63,142 bases of DNA from a virus (Duplodnaviria; Caudoviricetes): the IMG/VR virus record IMGVR_UViG_3300021085_000001, positions 1 to 63,142 of that record. The stretch is one strand, 5' to 3'. Made by a program: the position numbers and the translations under genes. This document shows positions 56,372 through 63,142 of this stretch, piece after piece (position 1 is the first letter of the stretch; every line of letters begins with the position of its first letter). A model generated the notes under the pieces. The model searched no databases and was not told the origin of the DNA. It saw only the letters and a list, made by a program, of their open reading frames with translations.

Positions 56372-56948
56372 TCTTTAGTTTATTTAAAATATCTGTGCTC
56401 ATTAAATATGTTTGTTGTAGCGTTTCAATCTTTCCACCATTAGATAAAAACTTTTTAGCTTTATCAATGTTAGCTTCTGTTATCTCTGGTTTAACTTTTG
56501 CATTTGCATTATTAGCACCAGGTATTGTTCGATTGATAGCACCTTTACCGTGATTATTAGTTGCGTCAGCGTCAGCTGTGTCATCAATGAGTAATAAATT
56601 ACCTAATGCATACTTTTTACCATAACTCGATGCTGAGCCAAATTGCTGTGGTGTTTGCATACCTTTTTGATTAAGATCTACACCAACAACCGCTGTTGCT
56701 TCAATTGATGTTTCGCCGTCGTGTATAGCAGCTTTTGATACGATCATAGGAGGATGTTTTTCTCCATTAAACATATCCGATGGCTGCTCACTGATTGTGA
56801 AATATACACCGTACTTTTTGTTAAAGGGTTTTAAACCTTCAAGTATATCTTCAGCAGAGCGGAAGTTATACTTACCAAAAGAATTAAAACGAGACTTCTT
56901 CGCTTTAAATTCTTGTTGAATTAAACTTAATTTTTCATGAATTGTCAT
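56364..56948 (-). CDS. ERF-family single-strand annealing protein
   Basis: NSFGKYNFRSAEDIL, QQFGSASSYGKKYAL, DDTADAD. Confidence 0.88.
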   Translation of the reverse strand: MTIHEKLSLIQQEFKAKKSRFNSFGKYNFRSAEDILEGLKPFNKKYGVYFTISEQPSDMFNGEKHPPMIVSKAAIHDGETSIEATAVVGVDLNQKGMQTPQQFGSASSYGKKYALGNLLLIDDTADADATNNHGKGAINRTIPGANNANAKVKPEITEANIDKAKKFLSNGGKIETLQQTYLMSTDILNKLKNG

Positions 56949-57202
56949 ACTTTATTTAATTTGTGCCAATCCTTATTGGCGAGTTTAATTGTTCGTGTAC
57001 CATAAGATCTTGCATTTGTCTTATAGTATGTATTATGATAATCTTGTTCAATTTTTTGATTAAGTTGTTCTTCTTTATCATAATTAAGTTTATCTGTTTG
57101 ATAAACATTATCAATGTTATAATAGTCTAATGCTTCAGATAAGTTTGTCGCATCGCCTCTATCAATTATATCGTCTTCGACGTCATATATTTTATTATTC
57201 AT
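56945..57202 (-). CDS. Hypothetical protein
   Basis: 85-aa ORF immediately after a class II motif. Confidence 0.55.
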   Translation of the reverse strand: MNNKIYDVEDDIIDRGDATNLSEALDYYNIDNVYQTDKLNYDKEEQLNQKIEQDYHNTYYKTNARSYGTRTIKLANKDWHKLNKV

Positions 57203-57210
57203 TACTATAG

Positions 57211-57241
57211 TATATATTACATAAAAATAGCAAAAAGTGTA
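57211..57241 (-). promoter_or_regulatory. Class II repeated motif, putative promoter of the replication operon
   Basis: Minus strand TACACTTTTTGCTATTTTTATGTAATATATA, directly after the sigma gene stop. Confidence 0.75.
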
Positions 57242-57973
57242 CTATTTTTCTAAAAATTTTGTTAATATTTCCTTAATTTTTTCTGACTGCATCTTACTCA
57301 ATGCTTTAGCTTTTGTTTTCTTTATCCATATAATAGACTTATGAAACCAATTAGCTATTTCAGATACTGGAACCTTTTTGTCATAAGGTTCATCAATACC
57401 ATAATATTTCCTAAGAACATCAGCTTCAAAAGGAGAAAGTATTTCGCTCATTACATGATTAAGTACTGTATTTAAGCGGTCGTTTTCATACCCAGAAATT
57501 TCATCGACAATATCTAAATATTCATGATTGAAGAATGAAGAAAATGTTCTTGTTAAAAATATATCAGTTTGATAGTTGGCATCGTATTTACCGTTGTAAG
57601 CATCTCCGTGTGGTTTTAATTGATAATAAGCTTCAGGTATACGTATTGTGTCTCTATCTCTAGCAATAGCTCTTCTTATGCCGTTTTTTATATTAAGCTT
57701 TAAATAGTTAACTATTATAGCTGGTTTTTCAACCTCAGGAGCACTATTTATAAGCTCCCAGTCAAGATTATTCCAAGCTCTATAAAAAGATACATAACCT
57801 TCTTGTAAAAGGTCGTTTAAGTCCAATACGCCAACACGTGCATAAGATCTTTCAAATGAGTTAGCTATTGATTTAGGCCATTCAATGTATTTCGATCGAA
57901 TAGGGTCTTTATCAGCAAAACTTTTCATTTGGCTTAAGTGTGATTTATATGTAGGGTGGCTGTACCATTTCAT
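57242..57973 (-). CDS. Phage sigma-70-family RNA polymerase sigma factor
   Basis: Region 2-like LDLNDLLQEG...IRRAIARDRDTIRIP; region 4-like LSPFEADVLRKYYGI...SEIA...KAKALSKM. Confidence 0.88.
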   Translation of the reverse strand: MKWYSHPTYKSHLSQMKSFADKDPIRSKYIEWPKSIANSFERSYARVGVLDLNDLLQEGYVSFYRAWNNLDWELINSAPEVEKPAIIVNYLKLNIKNGIRRAIARDRDTIRIPEAYYQLKPHGDAYNGKYDANYQTDIFLTRTFSSFFNHEYLDIVDEISGYENDRLNTVLNHVMSEILSPFEADVLRKYYGIDEPYDKKVPVSEIANWFHKSIIWIKKTKAKALSKMQSEKIKEILTKFLEK

Positions 57974-58200
57974 ATTCTTAATAATTTTAGTCTTCTACTG
58001 TATTTTCTAATTAATCCAGCTTTATGTTTAAGCTTTTTAATAGGTATACGACCTTTTATGGTGCCTTCTAAGACATCATCTACTATCTCGTTACGCAATA
58101 TCCTAATTGATAACCAAAGATGCTCAGCGTGGTCTTTTTTCCGTGCGTTTCTTCTTAGTAGATTTCCGAGCCTCTTTAAGTTTTTCAGTAATTTTTGCAT
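57970..58200 (-). CDS. Small basic hypothetical protein
   Basis: 76-aa ORF overlapping the sigma gene start. Confidence 0.55.
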   Translation of the reverse strand: MQKLLKNLKRLGNLLRRNARKKDHAEHLWLSIRILRNEIVDDVLEGTIKGRIPIKKLKHKAGLIRKYSRRLKLLRI

Positions 58201-58409
58201 AATTTATTGTTGTTAAGTGCTTGTAAATTTTAATACTCATATATTTTTTTTATTTATTAGTTATGGGTCTGACAAAGTATCGTTTGAAATATCGGTTTGT
58301 GTATAGCATGATTTATGATAATGATATTAAAAGCCTAATGCCTTGGTTAACGTTTCCTTTGAAAGTAATTGGTGTTTCATATTTATCTTTATATTTTATT
58401 TCTATTTCT

Positions 58410-59252
58410 TTATTCATAATTACGAAATGCTTTAGCTCGAGGAAAACGATAAGCACCAGCTGGTGTACGCTCGAAGTACTCGAAGGTTAGTTTTTTATTA
58501 ATGAAGTAGCCACGTGCAGCCCAGATATCTTTACGTTTTTGTATTGTAAGCGTAGGCCATGGCACTTCAACTACTCGATTGTCTGAATCAACACCGAGGA
58601 ATTTACCAAGACCGCCTTCGAACTTTCCTTTACCTTCGACGAAGCCAGTAATCGTAATCTCAGTGTCTGACCAGTCTTTGACTTTTTGTAAGTTGTTTGA
58701 TCGTCGTTGGTCATATGCGCCGTTTGTTCGTAAGATAGATCCTTCATAGCCGTTGTTTTTATTTATTGTGTGAAATGATTGTAATTTTTTATCAGATGAT
58801 ACAAGCTTTGTATCTACTTCTTGAATAGAACGCCAGCCGTATTTGGATTTGAATGATGCAATGTTAAGTGTTCTGTTTATAAAATCAGATGACGCATTGT
58901 CGCTATCAAACATATCGTAGCAATGAAACTGCAAGTGACTAGCAGATTCAAATTTGTCAGCTTGCGTTGGTTTTTGTTTACGTACTAACGAGATGATCTT
59001 ATTAAAATTATCGCGATAATTATGATTATAAAGCTCCCCATCCAAAGTAATGGTAGGATTATCGATGAAGAATTGTTTAAGCTCTGTAGTAATGTGTTTT
59101 GCATTGTAAAATGGTTTATGGTTGCGAGAAAATGCACCGTGTTTATTAATGTAACAACGTACACCATCTAGTTTAGGTTGTACGAAGTGTATGTTTGGCC
59201 ATGCAATTTTAGGTGCAATTGGTTTAGCTAGCATTACTTTAAAGTCTGTCAT
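58410..59252 (-). CDS. ATP-dependent DNA ligase
   Basis: VMLAK, QPKLDGVRC, LDGELY, YEGSILR, LQKVK, YRFP; start placed at MTDFK (track start 59273). Confidence 0.93.
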   Translation of the reverse strand: MTDFKVMLAKPIAPKIAWPNIHFVQPKLDGVRCYINKHGAFSRNHKPFYNAKHITTELKQFFIDNPTITLDGELYNHNYRDNFNKIISLVRKQKPTQADKFESASHLQFHCYDMFDSDNASSDFINRTLNIASFKSKYGWRSIQEVDTKLVSSDKKLQSFHTINKNNGYEGSILRTNGAYDQRRSNNLQKVKDWSDTEITITGFVEGKGKFEGGLGKFLGVDSDNRVVEVPWPTLTIQKRKDIWAARGYFINKKLTFEYFERTPAGAYRFPRAKAFRNYE

Positions 59253-59577
59253 ATTCTTGTTTGTATTTTTCATATATTTCTTTTAATTCTGCAAATAATT
59301 CGTATTTTTCTTGTTCTAATAGTTTTCTACCCTGATCTTCAATAGAATCCATTTTTTGTTTTATTAAATCTTTAGGTGTTAGGTTTTTTATATTACCAAA
59401 CCCATCGACTTGATATGTATGAAATTCTTCAGGACTCATAGGCTCGAATGTTTCTACAGTTTCAGATGCTTTTTGTATTAATATTCTTTCAGCATTTATA
59501 TATGCGGATGTCATTTTAGTTATATCCCATTGTGCTTTTATTCTATCAAATGTTATTTTATTTGCTTTCATTATCAC
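59239..59577 (-). CDS. Early hypothetical protein
   Basis: About 110-aa ORF in the early region; start uncertain. Confidence 0.55.
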   Translation of the reverse strand: MIMKANKITFDRIKAQWDITKMTSAYINAERILIQKASETVETFEPMSPEEFHTYQVDGFGNIKNLTPKDLIKQKMDSIEDQGRKLLEQEKYELFAELKEIYEKYKQEYDRL

Positions 59578-59761
59578 TATTAATTATATCTTGTAACGTA
59601 TTTATTTTTATATTAGCTTTATCGCTCCACTCAATTACAGCATCTTTAGGATAGTATTTAAGTATATCTTCAATAGCTTTGTCCATTACAAAATCCGAAA
59701 CTTGTGTGTTTATTATATATTCATACCATTTGTCTTTATATAATACTTTAAGTGTGCCCAT
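59558..59761 (-). CDS. Early hypothetical protein
   Basis: 67-aa ORF downstream of a class I motif. Confidence 0.5.
   Translation of the reverse strand: MGTLKVLYKDKWYEYIINTQVSDFVMDKAIEDILKYYPKDAVIEWSDKANIKINTLQDIINSDNESK
59570..59600 (-). promoter_or_regulatory. Class I motif copy 1, putative early promoter
   Basis: TACGTTACAA-N13-GTGATAAT on minus strand. Confidence 0.75.
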
Positions 59762-59810
59762 TTAATTCGTAGTTATAAAAATCGTTAAACATTTCGTTAA
59801 TTTCTTCGGT

Positions 59811-59844
59811 TATATTATCACTTGTGTATACCATTTGTAACGTA
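59811..59844 (-). promoter_or_regulatory. Class I motif copy 2
   Basis: TACGTTACAA-N13-GTGATAATATA. Confidence 0.85.
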
Positions 59845-59846
59845 TT

Positions 59847-60005
59847 TTATTCTTTTATATTAGATTTAAAGTATTCTCTTACTTCATTCATGCGAGATAA
59901 TCCCATATCAAAAGCATTGTATACATAATTAACTTTAGCATCAATAGTTTTTAATGCTTTAATATTGTTTACTCTATCTAGTTGTGCAGTTTCTAATTCA
60001 GTCAT
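59847..60005 (-). CDS. Early hypothetical protein, 52 aa (not in ORF track)
   Basis: MTELETAQLDRVNNIKALK...YFKSNIKE fills the gap after the 60007 ORF. Confidence 0.5.
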   Translation of the reverse strand: MTELETAQLDRVNNIKALKTIDAKVNYVYNAFDMGLSRMNEVREYFKSNIKE

Positions 60006-60006
60006 A

Positions 60007-60294
60007 TTATTGTGCGTTTAAGTCAGCTAGCGATTGTAATAATTCAACGCCAGTTGGTTTGTTATATTTTTCTTCTTTTATCATTCTTTGTATTTCTACT
60101 ATCTTAACACAGTCTAGTATGTAACGCCATGTGTCAATTTCTTTACATTTGAATGCTTGTTGTGCTTCGATCATTTCTGTAGTATAACTCATATATGGAG
60201 TTTCACGTTCAAGTGCGTTCATTTCAATTTGAATAAAACTTATTTTAGATTCAGCTTTGTGTATAGCACGTTCGTGTATTTGTTTATCGTTCAT
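60007..60294 (-). CDS. Early hypothetical protein
   Basis: Likely start MNDKQIHER at 60294 (track start 60321). Confidence 0.55.
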   Translation of the reverse strand: MNDKQIHERAIHKAESKISFIQIEMNALERETPYMSYTTEMIEAQQAFKCKEIDTWRYILDCVKIVEIQRMIKEEKYNKPTGVELLQSLADLNAQ

Positions 60295-60295
60295 A

Positions 60296-60487
60296 TTATA
60301 ATCTTTTGTAAATGTTTTCAATTATTGTTTTGATTGCCAGGCTTTTAGCCAATTCAAAGTCGTCGCCAGATAAATCAGCATCATCCATTTGCCAAGCTAC
60401 AATTTCGTCAAGCTCGTGGAGTACAAAGTCTGTGGTGCGTTCGGCACATTTCATTGCTACTTTAGTAATAGTTGTATTTAATTCCAT
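60296..60487 (-). CDS. Early small acidic protein
   Basis: 63-aa ORF directly after class I motif copy 3. Confidence 0.55.
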   Translation of the reverse strand: MELNTTITKVAMKCAERTTDFVLHELDEIVAWQMDDADLSGDDFELAKSLAIKTIIENIYKRL

Positions 60488-60508
60488 ATTGTTTATTTTA
60501 TATTCAAT

Positions 60509-60542
60509 TATATTATCACGTTAGCAATTAGTTTGTAACGTA
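60509..60542 (-). promoter_or_regulatory. Class I motif copy 3
   Basis: TACGTTACAA-N13-GTGATAATATA. Confidence 0.85.
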
Positions 60543-60938
60543 TTATTCATTAGTAAATTCATCAAATTCGTCTTCATCCATATTAGATTCTAAGTAGTCG
60601 AGCATATAGTACTCGTCAAAGTAATCATCAACATCATAACAGGCAACAGTTACCGTCTCGCTAGAAGGTTTGAAGCAACGCAAGTCGTCAATCGCACTCA
60701 TAATTGCATCAAAGTCTGGTTGATAATAAAATACTTCGTTTTCAAAGTTTAAATTTTGTACGTCTGCTGTTATATAATGTAAATCGTAGCCATCAGCCGT
60801 GTTTATTGTACCGATCTCGATATCTCCATTGCCGTCTACGAAATTAATTTTAGCTTCTTCTTGAAATTTTTGTAGTGTTGTCATGTTATTTTTTCTTTGA
60901 TTTAATTGATTTATTTGTTCTAATTGATATGCATCCAT
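60543..60938 (-). CDS. Very acidic early protein, possible DNA mimic
   Basis: Asp/Glu/aromatic rich; start at 60938 or 60884, not the track start that lies inside the RNA gene. Confidence 0.6.
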   Translation of the reverse strand: MDAYQLEQINQLNQRKNNMTTLQKFQEEAKINFVDGNGDIEIGTINTADGYDLHYITADVQNLNFENEVFYYQPDFDAIMSAIDDLRCFKPSSETVTVACYDVDDYFDEYYMLDYLESNMDEDEFDEFTNE

Positions 60939-60955
60939 AATTTTCTTTTTTTTAG

Positions 60956-61030
60956 TGGACGAGGCGGGAGTTGCACCCGCGTTTCCGATAGTGTACTTTC
61001 GAACTTTGTCGGTCAATCTACTTCTCGCCC
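60956..61030 (-). ncRNA. Miniature tmRNA-like RNA (tRNA-like domain only, Ala acceptor)
   Basis: GGGCGAG/CTCGTCC acceptor stem with G3:U and A discriminator; T arm GCGGG-TGCAACT-CCCGC; stemless D loop ending ATTGAC; short CCGA/TCGG arm instead of an mRNA domain. Confidence 0.75.
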
Positions 61031-61040
61031 GGTTTTTTAT

Positions 61041-61364
61041 TTAGCTTGCTTCGTTTAATACTTCTTCTAGTTGTGACCACACAACCGTGTCGTCGTTTTC
61101 GGTTAGATAATCATATAAGCAAGCGTAAGCTGCTTGTTCTAAGCTATTTGGTCGGCCAAATAAATCGTGCTCGTTGTAATGGTAGTCACTATTGTTTTCA
61201 AGTATAGCTTCACAATTTGCATAATAGATAACTGAATTGTCAATGTATACATGCATGTACTCGTAGAAATCATCGTGGTCGTTTATTTCGGCACCGTGAA
61301 AAGCATTCCATACTTCTTCGTTAAAATCTTGTTGTAATTCGTTTAGTTTGTTATTGTATTGCAT
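61041..61364 (-). CDS. Ocr-like (T7 gp0.3) DNA-mimic antirestriction protein
   Basis: MQYNN...EINDHDDFYEYMHVYIDNSVIYYAN...LYDYLT...VWSQLEEVLNE parallels T7 Ocr MTYNN...[26 protein letters not shown]...IYEQLT...LWEDAEDLLNE (recalled); strongly acidic. Confidence 0.75.
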   Translation of the reverse strand: MQYNNKLNELQQDFNEEVWNAFHGAEINDHDDFYEYMHVYIDNSVIYYANCEAILENNSDYHYNEHDLFGRPNSLEQAAYACLYDYLTENDDTVVWSQLEEVLNEAS

Positions 61365-61386
61365 GTTATTTATTTTTATATTCAAT

Positions 61387-61420
61387 TATATTATCACCTG
61401 TTTATTTAGTTTGTAACGTA
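61387..61420 (-). promoter_or_regulatory. Class I motif copy 4, upstream of ocr-like gene and mini-tmRNA
   Basis: TACGTTACAA-N13-GTGATAATATA. Confidence 0.85.
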
Positions 61421-61617
61421 TTATATAGTTTTAATAGTTCATTTCTTTTATTTGGGCTTAAATTTGTTTTAAGTTGGCCTAGTATTAAAGTCTTAGTAAG
61501 CTTCTTGTTGCCATTGCGGTATGCCTGAATTATATCTTTCATAGTATTCTTGTTCAATTATTTGTATTCTTTCTTTAGTTAACTTTGCTATAGTTACTCT
61601 ATTTGTTTTCTTTTTCT

Positions 61618-61914
61618 TTATATTCCCCATCTTCCTTCGTCGCTTGTTAAGTATTCGCTAACTCTTCTTCTGTCTTCTTGTATTTTTTTGTAGTTAGCTA
61701 CGTTGTTTTTGCAAGTTTCTAACGCTTCGTCATAATTTTGAAGGTGTACCCAGGTTTTACCCATGTTGTTACTTAAGATAACAGTATAGCCAACAAAACC
61801 TCTTTCGGTTTCAGAATACATACTTTTGCGTCCGTTTATTAGTTCGGTAAAGACCGCACCATTTATTAGCCATTGTATATCTCCGTGTTTGTTTTGTTGT
61901 ACTATTTTACTCAT
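61618..61914 (-). CDS. Early hypothetical protein
   Basis: 98-aa ORF directly after class I motif copy 5. Confidence 0.6.
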   Translation of the reverse strand: MSKIVQQNKHGDIQWLINGAVFTELINGRKSMYSETERGFVGYTVILSNNMGKTWVHLQNYDEALETCKNNVANYKKIQEDRRRVSEYLTSDEGRWGI

Positions 61915-61935
61915 ATCTTTTATTTTTTATTCATT

Positions 61936-61969
61936 TATATTATCACTTGTTGATTTGTTTTGCAACGTA
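61936..61969 (-). promoter_or_regulatory. Class I motif copy 5
   Basis: TACGTTGCAA-N13-GTGATAATATA (one substitution). Confidence 0.82.
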
Positions 61970-61981
61970 TTTGTATAGCAT

Positions 61982-62236
61982 TTACAAAATATCTTGTTTG
62001 ATTCGAGGTAAATTATTATGGTTCCATAAATTGCCTTTAGAGTGACTTCTTCTTGTCGTTGAGGTCTTACGCTTAATTTGTTTCATAGACTCATTAAACT
62101 CGCCCTGTGTGAATCCTTGGATAGTATCGAAGCCATCTTCTTTCATCCACTTTGTCGCTTTTTCTTTTTTCATTCTTGCGTTGTATGCTAATAAGTCTTT
62201 CATGTTCATAATATATAATTTTAAGTTGTGCTTCAT
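61982..62236 (-). CDS. Early hypothetical protein
   Basis: Up to 84 aa; start uncertain. Confidence 0.5.
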   Translation of the reverse strand: MKHNLKLYIMNMKDLLAYNARMKKEKATKWMKEDGFDTIQGFTQGEFNESMKQIKRKTSTTRRSHSKGNLWNHNNLPRIKQDIL

Positions 62237-62285
62237 TAGTTAATATTGTTTTAAGAGAGGCAACCAATTTTATAAAACTCTCATT

Positions 62286-62319
62286 TATATTATCACTTTT
62301 GTTTTAATCTTGTAACGTA
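62286..62319 (-). promoter_or_regulatory. Class I motif copy 6
   Basis: TACGTTACAA-N13-GTGATAATATA. Confidence 0.85.
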
Positions 62320-62525
62320 TTATATTTGTTTATCATTTCTTTTAGCATGTTAATATCTCGGTGTATTTCCATTGATTGAACAAGTCTATCGTTGTCGAAG
62401 CATAGTTCATATTCTTTATACAGGTGGTTTAACACATCTTGAAAACTTTTTTTAAGATTTCCATCATTCATTAACACTCTTTCTTGTACTTCTTTTTGAA
62501 GTCTTTTCATTCTTAATTCTTTCAT
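62304..62525 (-). CDS. Early hypothetical protein
   Basis: 73-aa ORF. Confidence 0.55.
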   Translation of the reverse strand: MKELRMKRLQKEVQERVLMNDGNLKKSFQDVLNHLYKEYELCFDNDRLVQSMEIHRDINMLKEMINKYNTLQD

Positions 62526-62727
62526 ATTATTTATTTAAGTTTAATAATTCTTTTTCACAAATCTTTATCTCTTCATTTATTTTATTAGATAACTCTTCTT
62601 TACTTTCATTCATAGATTTTATAAATCTCTTTTCCATTTCTCTTTTTCTTTGTGTGTAAAAAGTTATTTTGTTTTCTTTAGTAAATGTTTGTGGAAATCT
62701 CATATTATATTATTTTTTAATTACACT

Positions 62728-62761
62728 TATATTATCACATTGTATATAAGTTTGTAACGTA
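62728..62761 (-). promoter_or_regulatory. Class I motif copy 7, first of the early arm
   Basis: TACGTTACAA-N13-GTGATAATATA. Confidence 0.85.
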
Positions 62762-62785
62762 TTTTTATACAAATAAATTAAAAAG

Positions 62786-62816
62786 TATACCTTTTGCATT
62801 ATTTATGTAATATATA
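62786..62816 (+). promoter_or_regulatory. Class II repeated motif, putative promoter of the late + strand arm
   Basis: TATACCTTTTGCATTATTTATGTAATATATA, back-to-back with class I copy 7 at the strand divergence. Confidence 0.75.
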
Positions 62817-63015
62817 CTATATACTAATAATAATTCAGTATAATGTATTAATGTTTATTAATGTGACAATAAGTTAGTAACATATGTAGCTCAATCATCA
62901 TATATGCAACAATACACAGAAATAAGCACATATAATTAAGCAATACATACAAAACACTGAATAATACTCATATAAATCATATATACATTGATAATAATGC
63001 AATATACACCCGCAT

Positions 63016-63142
63016 AGGTTTGGTAATCAGACTTCTATAATACGTTGATAATCAGATAGTTATATGCAACACATTACTTCTATATATGACATATCATTTA
63101 ATTAGTTCGGTTGCATTATATTAGATGTTTATTGTGTTTAAC
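63016..63142. repeat. 127-bp terminal overlap, right copy
   Basis: Identical to 1-127. Confidence 0.95.

Noticed and set aside
60939-61016. N-terminal extension of track ORF 60543..61016
   Set aside because: It is a chance translation through the RNA gene (GNAGATPASST is the T arm and acceptor); ATG starts lie downstream.
60956-61030. Canonical tRNA-Ala, or an attP remnant of host ssrA
   Set aside because: No D stem or 5-bp/7-nt anticodon arm; both acceptor halves are present and complementary, and no integrase is seen.
59570-62761. Early-region repeats as a CRISPR array
   Set aside because: Copies are bipartite, 240-880 bp apart, separated by genes, with no cas genes; they fit promoters.
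1-63142. Stop-codon reassignment as in some crAss-like phages
   Set aside because: Standard-code ORFs tile the genome densely with full-length conserved genes, and no suppressor tRNA was seen.

Overview
The window is an apparently complete, circularly assembled genome of a lytic tailed phage (about 63,015 bp; bases 1-127 recur exactly at 63016-63142). It is AT-rich, lacks Shine-Dalgarno motifs and has a gene set resembling marine Flavobacteriia/Bacteroidetes podoviruses of the Cellulophaga phi38:1 / crAss-related type (family and host are inferred, not searched). The + strand (about 400-46376) carries small basic proteins, GroEL/GroES, a modular tail-fibre set, lysis genes, terminase, portal, scaffold, capsid, tail proteins and three ejection-type proteins, one of 2257 aa. 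The - strand carries small early genes, ATP-dependent DNA ligase, a sigma-70-like factor, ERF/exonuclease/SSB, primase-helicase, ThyA, MazG, an endonuclease and class I RNR. No DNA polymerase, integrase or canonical tRNA was recognised. Highlights: (1) a 75-nt RNA gene resembling only the tRNA-like domain of tmRNA (G3:U alanine acceptor, no mRNA domain), directly after an Ocr-like DNA-mimic gene; (2) two distinct repeated bipartite promoter-like motifs (7 and 3 copies) and two candidate sigma modules, one stand-alone and one apparently embedded in the giant virion protein, suggesting an injected-sigma to second-sigma cascade; (3) an uncalled 57-aa DfrB/R67-like DHFR gene; (4) a tail muzzle gene split in three; (5) shared docking and SP-x-K/R motifs across virion proteins. 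All protein calls are by-eye motif recognition.
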